Of a stretch of 64,000 bases of DNA, positions 13,601 through 26,098 are shown piece by piece. The DNA comes from Negaprion brevirostris (Eukaryota), in assembly GCA_030324005.1 (NCBI GenBank), contig JARDVH010000106.1, forward strand, positions 50,570,895 to 50,634,894, written 5' to 3'. The notes beneath the pieces are model-generated. The model ran no database searches and had not been told where the DNA came from. It saw only the letters and a list, made by a program, of their open reading frames with translations. Made by a program: the position numbers and the translations under genes. The stretch's first letter is position 1; each line of letters opens with the position of its first letter.

Positions 13601-14999
13601 TGAGAAGTTAGGTATATCACATCAAAAAGGTTCATGTCATAACACATCACTTTAAAGGAATTAAGGATGAATGTGAGGAAATTGTGGAGGTAACTGGACA
13701 ACTTGTTCAATACAAGGACAAGGATGATTCAGTAAGCGCAGACTAAGCCCTATATGAAACAAAAGGCAAATCAAATCAAAGATTAAATAAAGAGCAAAAA
13801 TTACTTTGACTGGAAAGAAACAAGTTCACCAAGATAAACACTTTTTATTCATTCATGGGTTGCAGCGTCCTGGCTGGGCCAGCATTTAATGCCCACCCGA
13901 GGGCATTTAAAAGTCAATAACATGACAATATGCTAAAAAAGACACAGCTGCAAAGACAAAACATAAAAGCATTTTCTTCGGCACTTCGGAGCAAACATCA
14001 ATCGAGGAAGAGATGTTTGGTCAGGAAATGGTAGCAGAATGATTATTTCCTACAAATCAGGAGTAAACAACATGTCCTTCTGCAATTGAAAAAATAACAA
14101 CGTGTGGTAAGGAATCATAAGCAGACTAAAAAGGTCTCAAAAGCAATAAATTCTTCAAGGTAAATGACATTTATTCCAGAGTGGCAACAGAAAGGAGAAG
14201 CACATGGTGGTGCCCAGTTTTGTTTTTAAAAACAACAAAATAAACACAGGCAATTACAAACGTATGAGTCTTGAATTCTGTGTAACATGATGGAACTGAT
14301 CTTAATAAACTTGGATTAACTGTCCAATAACCAACACAAGCTCAGAACAGGATGTTCCTGTCTATCCTTTTTGACTTCAATGAATTTGCATTTCCAATGG
14401 ACTGAGGAAAACCCTATAATGTGTTGTGATTTCAAAAGGCATTTGCAAATTCTACATTGCAGATTATCAGTCAATATGAGAGCTGTAGTTATTCAGGGTA
14501 AATCTTGGGATTCATTTGAATATTACTGAAGGGTAAACAATGGTATTTGTTAAAGTTTTAGTGGGTGCTCCATCTGAAAAACCATTCCACAAATTGATCA
14601 GCATTTGTGAAGATTTCTAATATCAGTCCTAAATTTCTCCTTTATCTGCTTGGTCCTGTGTTTATTGTCCTATTAATGTAATTTACTATGAGATAATTTC
14701 CTACAATTATTTTTTCCACAATGTTAAATATGGTGTATGTCTAAAAGGTCACTTCTGGGAAGGGAAAGACACCAACTTACTGCTATTGAAGCATTTTATC
14801 TACAATCTTTTCTGTTCTTTGAAATATTGGTGCCAGTGATGAGGTTTGCTGTTTGAAGTCTTCAACCATATCAAGCTCAGTATGGAAATGAATAAAGTTT
14901 GTACAATGCTGTACCATTTGTTTCCAGGCTGTAATGCACTTGACTTTACCAAAAATACATGTTAAATGCTCCATTGCTTTCCAAGTAAAACCAAGTAAG

Positions 15000-16628
15000 T
15001 TATTTTTCTTCACTTTGTGACTTTATTTGTAAAATATTGCGGCCACCAGAATGTTCATATATGTACCATACATGCACTGTCCCTATTTGCCTTTGCACAA
15101 TTTTGCCTCCCACTAAAACTTCAGACGAGATCATACATTAAACAATTATTTAAATTGTAGAGAGCAGAACCATACAAAGATAGGTGTTTCATGTGTAGAA
15201 CACAAACATCCTATTCACTCAAATTTTTTTCCCATTCAGCTGTCCAGACCCAACAAATGTGTGATTTCACAAAGAACAAGTACTTTATTATAGTTATAGC
15301 AACCTGAAGCATTTGAACTAAACATCACCTTTAATAATACATTATAACATTGTATGCATAAAAGTACCAGCAAGTTCATAATGAACTTTGATTTGTGGGT
15401 CCAGCAAGTTTCATTCTTTTGCGAATGAAAAAAAGTTCCAACAGTTCTCTTCTACATTGCAGTGTGCGACCATTTAATTTCAGGCTGCGTTTAGCAAATT
15501 TTAGTACAGGCTGGTTTCTTAGTGATGTGCAAACTCACTCTCATTAAAGAGCTATTGATTACTAAATGCACCTACATGGAGAAGGTGGTGTACAAAACAT
15601 ATCTTCTGTGCTGTAAACAAGATGATTTCTTTACAGAGTGGAAGCTCAGGAATTGCTTAAGTAGCAGAACAACTCCCCGCAAGAATGGGTGGGTGCGAGT
15701 CTTGAGCAGGTTGTGGAATACTTGCCTTTGGCATAAGTTTGCTGTACAGTTATGGAGCAAGGCCTAAAGGAAGCTTTGTTAAAAAGAAATTAAAAAGCAC
15801 ACATGACTTTTAAAATTGAAGGAAAGGGCCCACAGCCTAAAATCATTTCCCTAATAAAGAGCATGCAGCACTGTTCTGATCTGCAAAGACTCAATTATTC
15901 ACCAGTGTCAGTGATGTAGTTCAAAAGACACAGTACAAGCAAAAGGGATTGTTGATTATGATTGTATTTTAGAACACACAAAAGGCAATACCTCATCATC
16001 TGTCAATTATGACAGTCTCATAAATTTAATATATAACTGATTTGTGTAAAGATTGCAATTACCCTGAAGAAAGCAGCAATTACAAGTAACTCAAGTCTTT
16101 TACCCTACTGTAGTGTCACTGCAGTCCCTTTTGCCTGCAAGACTGAGTCAATATGCTAACAGTTAACAGATGTAGCACAAGGGACAATCCACCCCAAATG
16201 AAAGCAACCAGAATCCTTCATGATGGACATTTTTTTTTTTTTGCAGACAGACTTTCATTTAGGTAACCAAATTCATCCTAAGGATAGATACCCTTCAAAG
16301 ATAGGATATCAAAACATCATCCCGACTTGTGATCCACAGGCCTAGAAGTGGCAACTGTGGTCAGCTTCACTGAAGACCATCTTCTTGGCAGCTGAATGTT
16401 TACCGAGTGCATCACATAAAGAAACATCACTGCGACAAGATGCTGCTTTAAAGTTTAGCATTTCTACTGTGATGCAGACAGCCACGATTGCATTGTGAAT
16501 TTAGCTGACTTTCGATGTGCAGCAGATTTGAATTTTCATCTTCACTAAGGCCTGACAGATGGTTTACAAATGTTCAGCCCCCTAAGTTGCAGGATCCTGC
16601 TTATTGGCAAGTGCAAGCCCACTTCGGT
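15000..16628 (-). other. TAB3: Probable TAB3 3' UTR
   Basis: AT-rich tract after the stop codon with no recognisable repeats. Candidate minus-strand AATAAA at 15284-15289, 15022-15027 and 14661-14666. The true 3' end cannot be determined from DNA. Confidence 0.6.
15022..15027 (-). terminator. Candidate polyadenylation signal of TAB3
   Basis: AATAAA on the minus strand followed ~25-45 nt later by U/GU-rich cttacttggttttacttgg. One of three candidates. Confidence 0.4.
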
Positions 16629-16777
16629 TCAAGTGTACCTTGGCATTTCACACTGTTCACACCGGTTCAGCGCTGGATGGTTCAGAAAGGTGCAGCTGTT
16701 GCAATTCCAAGGAGCACCTTCAAAATCCTCATCGCGTTGATGAGGCCTTGGGCTGTATGCCAAGACTGGACCAGCTT
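16629..16777 (-). CDS. TAB3: TAB3 last coding exon, NZF/RanBP2-type zinc finger (K63-polyubiquitin binding)
   Basis: tatctgtattgcag|AA, stop TGA at 16631-16629. Reads (E)[48 protein letters not shown], with the W-x-C-x2-C-TF-x-N-x6-C-x2-C motif and the TAB3-type terminus MPRYT. Confidence 0.96.
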
Positions 16778-17559
16778 CTGCAATACAGATAAAGTTAAGT
16801 TCAGACATAATGGTAATTTCACACCATAGTCACCAAGTTTTCTGATTCAGAATAAATTTAGTCAGTACAAATAACTTAATATTTAAGAAAAAAATAAGAA
16901 AATGTTGCTTGAAATTAAATTTTTCACCCCTAACTTCAAGCATCTGCATAAGCACAATTAACAAAATATGTTTGCATTTGACTCAAAACATTCTGCTGGC
17001 AATTATTTTTCATAATGAAATACTGGAATCGTTCTGTCAGATTAACAGTTAAAAAATAACGCTCGGGAGAATCTAACAAAAAGCATTTCCTTAACACATG
17101 CTGAGTTTAAAAATTAAATCACAAGATGGCAAAGTTAAGCACTTCAAAAGCTTTAGGCGTATTTTTTTTTAAACGACCAACCAGTGCAATGTAGGATAAA
17201 AATATAGGTCAGAGTTTTCTATTGTATATCAAGATGATGGGCAAGTGCATCAACTGCAGACCGTGTAAAAGAGCTGATTAATACAGTTCTTTCACTTCTA
17301 GTACTTGGATTTGAACCTAAATGGGATGTGGCTGTCCATCTGTGCTTAGTTCAGTCCAGGTGTGCCAGCAAATATTGAGTCTCACTTAAAGCCGCCACAC
17401 AACTGGGAAATAAAAATTATCCTAGAAGTCACATCAGACGTTTGCTTGTCAGATAAGTTAAAGATGCATTTCTGAAGCGTGTTGAAGGATCTTTCATTAT
17501 CTAAAATGATCCTTGACCATGCAAATCTCAAGTATTAAGAACTGTGAGGATCATAGTGA

Positions 17560-18245
17560 CAGAGTTCAAGAAGACATATGTAGGAAGACACATAGCAGAT
17601 GAAATTTAAAGCAGAGAAGTATGAAGTAATACATTTTGGTAGGAAGACCGAAAAGAGAAGTAATATAAAATGCACGATTGTGCACTTCATAATAGAAACA
17701 TGAGTACAAAAGCAAGGACGTTATGATGAACCTTTATAAAACACTGGTTGAGCCTCAATTGGAGTGATGCACAATTCTGGGCAACGTACTTTAGGAAAGG
17801 AGGATGCACAAAAGGTTTACAAGAAAGATTCCGAGAGTTATGAGGAAATAGAAAAACTGAGGTTGTTCCCTTAGGAGTAAAGGATGAGAGAAATTTGATA
17901 GAGATGTTAACAAATCATGAGAAGTTTAGACAGAGTAGATTAGAAAAAACTGTTTCTGACAGTGGGTGGTTGAGAACTAGAGGTTTCAAATTTAAGGTGA
18001 TTGCAAAATTAGCAATACCAACATGAGGAAAACTTATTTTTAGCCAGTGGGTTTTTAGGCACTAGATTGTACTGGGCAGTGCCAACTCATGCTTTGAAAA
18101 GAAATTGGATAAGCTCCTGAACACAAAAATGCTGGACTCTAGGGAAACTGCAGGGTAATGGGACTAGCAGAGTTTTTTTTTCCTGAGAGAGCTGGCATGT
18201 GCTGAAATGGCATTCTTCCATGCTATAATTATTCCATGATTCTAC
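17560..18245 (+). mobile_element. Decayed CR1 3' region
   Basis: cagatgaaatttaaagcagagaagtatgaagtaatacattttggtagg (QMKF..EK.EVIHFGR), ctttataaaacactggtt. Confidence 0.75.
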
Positions 18246-18326
18246 CTACAAGATGCACAAGAACCCGTTGAGGCTCTTTTGACAGCACCTTTCAAACCCC
18301 TCACCTATATTCCTGAGAATAGCATA

Positions 18327-18800
18327 TAACATAAGAAATAGGAGCAGGAGTAGGCCATCTAGCCCTTCGAGCCTGCCCCGCCATTCAATAAGATCATGGC
18401 NNNNNNNNNNNNNNNNNNNNNNNNNNNNNNNNNNNNNNNNNNNNNNNNNNNNNNNNNNNNNNNNNNNNNNNNNNNNNNNNNNNNNNNNNNNNNNNNNNNN
18501 AGATCATGGCTGATCTGAAGTGGATCAGTTCCACTTTCTCACTTTCTCCCCATAACCCTTAATTCCCCTGTCTATCAAAAACCTATCTACCCGTGACTTA
18601 AATATATTTAGTGAGGAAGCCTCCACCACTTCAACGGGCAAAAAATTCCAGAGATTCACCACCCTTTGAGTGAAGTTGTTCCTCCACAATTCCAATCCAA
18701 GCTCCCCGCCCCACCCTTCAAGGCTGATTCCTCTAGTCCTGCTATCCTTTCTAAGTGGGAAGAATCTCTCTACCTCTACCCTAATCATCCCCTTCACCCT
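18327..18800 (-). mobile_element. Young CR1 3' end (with gap)
   Basis: taacataagaaataggagcaggagtaggccatctagcccttcgagcctgccccgccattcaataagatc; ORF RVVNLWNFLPVEVVEASSLNIFKSRVDRFL. Confidence 0.85.
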
Positions 18801-18959
18801 ATCCTATGTGGGAAGACAAGCACCTGCTGGTCACATATTTTGAAAATATATTGCTGATCTTTTACTTATGCTGAGACAAAATGTTGGAACTCCCTCAACA
18901 GCAATGTGGTTGCAGCTACGGCACAAGAACTGGAGCAGTTCAAGAAGCTGGTGAATCTG

Positions 18960-20012
18960 ATGCAATGGCAATAAACCTCCACAAAACAAAGATAGTCATT
19001 GGTTTCAGGAAGTGTAATGGAGACAATGCCTCTGTCTATGTCATCTGATTTGATTTGTCACATGTATTAGTATACAGTGAAAAGCATACCGTTCATAGAG
19101 AAGGAAATGAGAGCGCACAATGGGGACAAAATAGAAATGATTGAAAGCTTCAAGTTTTTCAGTGTCCAGAACAAAAACAACCTGTTCTGGTCCCTCCATG
19201 TTGATGCTACAGTTAAGTCCATCAAACGCTTCTACTTTCTCAGGAGACTAAGAAAATTTGGCATGTCCGTTACAACTCTCACCAACTTTTACAGATACAC
19301 CAGAAGAAGCATTCTTTCTGGTTGTATCACAGCTTGGTATCACTCCTGCTCTGTCCAAGACTACAGCGAGAGACTACAGCATCTTCCTTAGACAACAGTA
19401 GTGCCAGAGGATTGGAGAATTGAAAATGTTCCCCTTGTTCCAAAAGATTAGTATTTTAAACTTAAATCAGAGTAACTATGTGGGAATGAAAGTTGAGTTA
19501 GCTGAAGTCAAAAGATGTGCCGGCTAGGTTGAATGGCCATGAGAAATTGACGCTAGTGTCAGAGAATAGCGGGGTAAACGTGTGGAGTTACAGGAATGGG
19601 GCCTGGGTGGGATTGTGGTCAATGCAGACTCAATGGGCCAAATGGCCTTCTTCTGCACTGGAGGGATTCTATTCTATGAAGTGAAACGGGATACTATGCT
19701 CGGAGATTGGTCAATAGAGAAGCAGCGGCAGCCATTTAAGGCACTGGCCTAGTGTATTACTGCTAGACTATTATTCCAGAAACTCAGCTAATGTGCATTC
19801 TTTCTGGTTGTCTCACAGCTTGGTGTGGCTTCTGCTCTGGCCAAGACTGCAAGAAACTACAAAGGTTTGTGAACAAAGCCCAGTCAATCACACAAACCAG
19901 CCTCCCCATTCATTGGCTCTGTCTACACTTCCCACTGCCTCGGAAAAGCAGCCAGCATAATCAAGGATCCCATGCACCCCAGACATTTTCTCTTCCACCT
20001 TCTTCCTTTGGG
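18960..20012 (+). mobile_element. Rex1/Babar-type LINE RT fragments, interrupted by CR1 and SINE pieces
   Basis: IEMIESFKFFSVQ..NNLFWSLHVDATVK..RFYFLRRLRKFGM..TLTNFYR...SILSGCITAWY, then ILSGCLTAW...KKLQRFVNKAQSIT. Confidence 0.75.
19510..19678 (+). mobile_element. HE1-type V-SINE 3' half
   Basis: aaagatgtgc..ggttgaatggccatg...gggccaaatggccttcttctgcactggagggattctattctatg. Confidence 0.7.
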
Positions 20013-21054
20013 NNNNNNNNNNNNNNNNNNNNNNNNNNNNNNNNNNNNNNNNNNNNNNNNNNNNNNNNNNNNNNNNNNNNNNNNNNNNNNNNNNNNNNNN
20101 NNNNNNNNNNNNNNNNNNNNNCAGCATTCAGCTTGCTAAGTTTCACTGGTCAGAACACTGATTACTCGAGTTTAAACATCTTGTTGAATTTGTACAAGAC
20201 ATTGGTATGGCCCAACGCCAAAGTCTACTAGCTTTTCAATTTCAAATGATTGTTTTTGTGCAGCATTAATGGAAGTGAAGAAGTCTGATACAATTTTTGA
20301 GATCTGCGATGCAACAGTAATAACTGCATTACGATAGCACATTGACTGTTACTAAACGATATCACAATTTATACCTAATCAATATGTGGTAGTGTCCCAG
20401 AAAAAGACGACTAGCTTTTGATCCACTAATCACTTTGCTACTCCTTTATTTCTTTAATGCAATGGTCCTCTGTGCCATAATTTAGCTTAATCACTTAAAA
20501 TTTGTGGTGTGTACAACTGCCACTATACATTCATTTGCTGGACTATGATGCAGTGAACATTTTTCTTTATGGATATTCAAGCTTCAAGATTAAAAACATG
20601 CAAGTGAGAAACAGCCACAACTCTAAAGAGAAATAGAATTGGTCGTGTTTAAAACCATATCAACAGCTTTACAATATAATTTAGAATTCATCACAGCCAA
20701 ATAGTGATTTTTTAGGATTGCAAATATTTTGAAATGGTATCACACAGCCAGACAGTAAGGTGTAAGATGAGGCTACGGAAAAGAAAAATCACAAGTAAAT
20801 GTATTTAGGTAGTTGGAAATATTAGAAACGTTACAGCTATTTACATGTTTAACAGCAATCTCTCAGGCAATCAATAGGTTTGGCAATATGATTTAATTAG
20901 GCTTGTAAAGGAAAGATGTATGATCTGCTGCAAGTTCACCTAATTCAGCAAATACTCTTGAATTGGCCCTGGCACCAAGACATCTAACACACAGGAACAT
21001 ATTTTTGGTACCTGAGGCAGTTGTCATAGCCTTAAGTTATCAATCTGTCATGGA

Positions 21055-21610
21055 CAGACATGTGGGCCTGCTGCAACGTTCCAGTGAAGCTCAACAGAAA
21101 CCAGAGGAACTGCATCTTATCTTCCGGCTCGGCATGTTACAGTCTTCCAGTCTCGAATTCAACAACTTCAGTTTATTAGCTCTATCCCACCTAACCATTT
21201 TGTCTTAATTTTATTTAATTTTTAAACTGTTCTGTCTTATATTTCCTTATCGTCTTTATTTTTCTTCCCCCCCCCTTTTACTTCCCAATTTTACCTCTCT
21301 CCAACACATCTCCCATGTCCCCCCACATCTTCATCTGTCACAGTTTGCCCTCTGATTTCAGTCTCTCTGCCATTTGGCCTTTCACAGCTTCTATTGTTTC
21401 AAATGGACCCCATAATCACCTCTGGACCCTTCCTCTTGTTTTTGTGGCTATGATACATCTTTCATTCCCTCACCCTACAGTATAAACATCTCCCACTTTC
21501 TATGCCTTTTAGCTTTGTCATCTGGACTCAAAATGTTAGCTTGTTTCTCTCCTTACAGTTCTGATAAGATTTTCCAGCATTTTCTCTTTCGGTGGGGATT
21601 TGCATTTTCT
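21055..21610 (+). mobile_element. Penelope-like element 3' relic
   Basis: GLLQRSSEAQQKPEELHLIFRLGMLQSSSLEFNNF (GIY-YIG C-terminal part), a pyrimidine-rich tail and the typical terminus ttttccagcattttct. Confidence 0.7.
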
Positions 21611-21640
21611 CAGCAAGGCTTTGAGGACAGAACACAGCAA

Positions 21641-21916
21641 AGACATGGTGGTTAGCACTGTTGCCTCTCTGTGCCAGGGCCCCGGGTTCGATTCCCAGCT
21701 GAAGTCTACACATTCTCCCCATGTCTGTGTGGGTTTCCTCCAGGTGCTCCAGATTCCCCAGTCCAAAAGACGTGCTGGTTAGGTGCATTGGCCATGCTAA
21801 AATTTTCCCTCAGTATACCTGAACAGGTGCCAGAATGTGGCAAAAATAGAAGATTTTCACAGTAATGTAATTGCAGTGTTAATGCAAGCCTACTTGTGAT
21901 ACTAATAAACTTTAAA
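21641..21916 (+). mobile_element. V-SINE, actaataaa-tail subfamily
   Basis: gtggttagcactgttgcctc (A box), ccgggttcgattccc (B box), V-domain, tail gcaagcctacttgtgatactaataaacttt. Confidence 0.85.
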
Positions 21917-23239
21917 TATTAACAAGCGCTTAAGGTATTTGTAGTGATCATTTTGAATAATTGCCTATGCTTTAAAGAATTGCACAGCACAAGAGGTTCC
22001 ATGGCAACTTTAGGCCAGTGTATTCCCAACAAAAAAAACTGGATTATATTTACTTTTCTTCCAAGCAAATGTTAAACATGCACTTATCTATGGCTAAACT
22101 ACTAATCAGAGTTGACAAATTTAGCTAATCTTAAACTCCCAGATGAAATACATTCCCCTGCCACTAACTATAGATCTAACAGAGGGTGCATTGTGAAATG
22201 GTCTATAATTAGACGAAACCTCTATTTTAGAGAATTCAAACAAACCATGCTTTACTGACATTGAAAAACAATGGACATCTTGCATGTGCCTGGAATTAAG
22301 ACTTTTTGCTGTGTCTTTCAGCAAGATCATTTGCACTATAACTTGTTGATAGTGAGAACTGATAACAAGGGCAATTAGACATCTGGAACCAACAAGGTGA
22401 AACCAATGAGATTACAGGATTCAGAAACAAAGGAACCATGGGGAGGAAGAGGCGGGAGAACAGAATCAAAATCAGTTATTAAAAAAAACGGAGCAGGAAA
22501 GAGGGATTAGATTGACAGGAGAGAGAGAAAAATGCAAGCAAAAATAAAATTCCCTATATTCCAGGCTGAGACTCAGCAGTTTAAATCTTTCCCTTTCAGG
22601 GAACAGTAAAGATCGAATAACATGATTACACACCTAAAAGGGAACTTAGGCTGTAATAATTAAGCTTTAATTTATTGTAGTGAGTTTGATGGGCAATTAA
22701 TGCACAAATTCAGAAAGGGCTTAAAAATTACTAGGGAGGCAGATGACATGCTGTTTGTGCAAGGCAAAAGTTGGATGGACCATCGTGTGCTGGAGAGTCA
22801 CAACTCATTGTGCATCTATTCTTCCTCTGAACATGTTGGCTAATTTGGTATTAATGTCATGCATCATGAACTTAATTTTCTTTACAGNNNNNTGACTTTA
22901 TAAATCTGCTGTGTCCATCTCAGTATTTGATTAATATGTTAAACGTGTCTGCTAAGTCAGAAGTGTCACCCAGTTAGATCCTAGCTAATCTGTTAATTGC
23001 AACTTCCATTTATTCAGCACTTTTAATTTAACCATTTCACAAAGGGAGGAGAGTTGAGATTGAGACAGTCTTGTTTTCCAATAGCTTGTGATTAATCTCC
23101 TTTTTCAAACAGCTGGGTCAAAGTGATTGGTTTTGAGAAGTCGTTCAAAGTCCATGAAGGAGAGGTACACAGGTTTGGAAGGCCATCCTGCAGAACAGTC
23201 AAGATGACTAAAGACATTGCTACCCATGAAGGAAAAAGA

Positions 23240-23600
23240 TGTTTTATACCTGTCACATTTTCAGGATGTCCCAAAGCACACAACTAATACATTACTTTTG
23301 AAGTATAATTATTGCACAAAAAAAAGGCAAATTGTACACAGGGAGGTCTGAAAACAGCAAAGAAATATACCACAAATTAATTTGCACACTGGGAAAACTG
23401 TCCTGCACTTCTATGAATAGCACCATGAAATTCCTAGTTGATTAGACAGGTAGGATCTCAGTTTAATGGCTCATGTGAATGACAACATTAACAGTGCAGG
23501 AATCCATCAGTGCTGCAAACAACTGTCAATCCAGATCAAATTCTCATATCCTCATGAGGCTTCAAAGGCACAGGTCCTACCAGTATTTAAGTACTGAACA
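23240..23600 (-). mobile_element. Ancient Deu-domain SINE (SacSINE1/AmnSINE-like)
   Basis: caggatgtcccaaagc tail and gaatagcaccatg...ctcagtttaatggctcatgtgaatgac...acagtgcaggaatccatcagtgctgca, resembling the reverse-strand Deu domain. Confidence 0.6.
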
Positions 23601-26002
23601 GGAAGGAAACGAGGTGCAAAAAAAAAAAACCAGCAGGAAGGATTGAGACTTTAAGCAGGGGACATTACATAGATAACGTGGGTGATGAGGTAACGAGGAT
23701 AAAACTTTTACATTTGATTTGTTGGGAACAGGAAACTAATGTAAATCAGCAAGGATTGGGATGATGTGAAAATTCAGTTTAGTATGAAATAGGATGTCTG
23801 TGGCAAAGTTCTGGCTGATTTGGAATTCATGGAAGGTGGAGATCTGATGACCATCATGTAGAGCATTGGAAAGATAGAAGATTTTAGTCATCAAGTTGAA
23901 GCTGGAAACATTGCAATGATTAAAATAAGCAGTCTTGGAGTTGGAGTAAATATGGACTTTGACAATCAACTTTTGGTCAAGCATGGCGAAGATGCAGCCA
24001 GGCATGAAGGTGAATTGGTGACCAAAGAGCAGAATTTTTAGTAGGTGCCACAAAAAAATGGTTTGCTCTGACTTTCAACTGGAGGAATGCATGGCTCAAC
24101 CACAGTCTGTCTGCAAAAAATAAGCATGAATTTAAGGGAGGAGGAAAAGAGATGGAGTTGGGCTTTTTGTCAGCATACACAGGAAGGTTTACCTCGTGGT
24201 TGCAGATGATCTAAGATGTAAAAATGGATAGGTGGGGAAACTATGGAGGTGAAAGAAGAGACAGCTTTGCCAAAAATGCACTGATTGTCACCATGCAAGA
24301 CTGTCCCGCAGAGATGGATCCTGAAAGGGAGGTAATGGGGCAGGATAGCACTGCCTAATACATTGAAAACTGCAGAGGTCGAGCAGGTTAAAGTACCGTG
24401 GTCAAAGGACATAAAGTTACTGCCTGACTTATGGCCTAATAGTTGTCAGGTTATTTTATTCAAAAGCATAATTCAAAAAGGCAGGCAATGCATTGCATTA
24501 CACGCTTTCCTATGATGTGCCAACATGTAAAAGACAGAACTCAGTCAGGAGAAAGAAATGCTGTTCACAGTGTTGCAAGCATAATTCTGCAGATGCTGGA
24601 AATTGGAAATAAAAAGGTGCTAAACTCAGTAGGTCAGGCAGCATCCATGGAGAGAAATAGTTAATGCTTTGAAATGNNNNNNNNNNNNNNNNNNNNNNNN
24701 NNNNNNNNNNNNNNNNNNNNNNNNNNNNNNNNNNNNNNNNNNNNNNNNNNNNNNNNNNNNNNNNNNNNNNNNNNNNAACTCAGTAGGTCAGGCAGCATCC
24801 ATGGAGAGAAATAGTTAATGCTTTGAAATGTTAGCTCCATTTCTCCCCACATTTGCTGCCTGCTCTGAGTATTTACAGCACTTTTCCTTTGTATTTCTGT
24901 TTATAGTGTCTATGTGACATGCTACTAATGGAGTAGTTTACATGACTATTTGTGGCCGAATAGTGGGGATATACTGACTTTGGTGAAGGTCAGGACGCAG
25001 ATTCAGGAGGTGTCTACTCTCAGCTTCCTGAATTTTAAAATCTTCATTGTCATCTAAAGACACTGAACTATCCAGCAGCACTGACTCAGCATTTTCAAAA
25101 GTCTACTCAATTCAGATTTGCTGAATTTGAATTACCTGACTACACTTGCATTTGTAAAACATTAAACTCTACTTTGCTCATTACTAAATTCAAGTTACTG
25201 AATAATTCAAATTTTATAGTTCAAGAATATTTGCTTGCCAGTAAACAGCAGATTCCATTCCACCCCTCTAAAACCTCTCAATCGTTTGACCCTTTCTCCC
25301 AGTATAAACAAATGGCTGTCATTTCTAAAACATTTGCAAAATATTTGACATGGGTCATATTATGTTACATGAGAATTTTTGCTTTGGAAGTTCCTGGACC
25401 ATTAAGACTATAAATTGAAAGAGTTATGCATTAGCTTCATAGCTCCTCCAGTGGGCCAGGGAAAATTCACCCTTAACGCTGCAGGTAAAAAAGATCAAAG
25501 AGAAAAGCTCTGTCCAAAATCATTAGCATCCAGGATCTGTGACACTATGAAATCTTAGGAATAATGCACCATGAAAATGCCATTAGATCCTCTGCAGAGT
25601 GAAATCCCTTTTGAAGAAGATTGGATAAAGGAACGCATCGTGATTAGAACGGTGTAAACAGGAATTCAAATTAAACCATATCACAAAGTTTACTATACAA
25701 TTAGCAGACAAAACATTCCACATGAAACATGAGCTGTTACTCCAAATATAATCAATAAAACTGGTTTCTTCAGGGAACCAATAGGTCAACGTATCTTAAA
25801 ATAAATAATATTAAAAGCAATGACAGTTTAAAGAATTAGACATCAATCCAAGATGCTAATTGAATGTTCAAAGTCTGAAAATATAAAAATCAAGAACAAT
25901 AAGTTTATTTAAAAAAAACATTTTGGACTGGTCCTTTTGCCTTATGAGCTGAGAATATCTACTCCAATCTGGTAGTCAGGTGACATTCAAGGAAGTACCC
26001 AC

Positions 26003-26098
26003 CCTCAGCTGGAGCAGCCTGGAAATCAGAGGAGTCCTTCTTTAACTTTGAAGTCACACTAATTTTCCTTGCTTTTCTCTCTAGAGTACCTGAAGGGT
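26003..26098 (-). CDS. TAB3: TAB3 coding exon, symmetric 96 nt (not in ORF track)
   Basis: tgtcttgtacag|AC...GAGG|gtgggt; phase 1 to 1. Reads (D)PSGTLERKARKISVTSKLKKDSSDFQAAPAE; compare human DPCTIERKARRISVTSKVQADIHDTQAAAAD. Confidence 0.88.

Noticed and set aside
16515-16829. Plus-strand ORFs over the NZF exon and over the large exon (55268, 55950, 56332)
   Set aside because: Antisense shadows of TAB3 coding sequence with no independent homology.
21641-21700. tRNA genes at SINE heads
   Set aside because: A/B boxes run directly into V-SINE bodies and there is no full cloverleaf.
24626-24830. Exact ~54 bp tandem duplication on either side of a gap
   Set aside because: Identical sequence flanking 100 N is typical of unmerged contig overlap; the same applies to agatcatggc around the 18401 gap.
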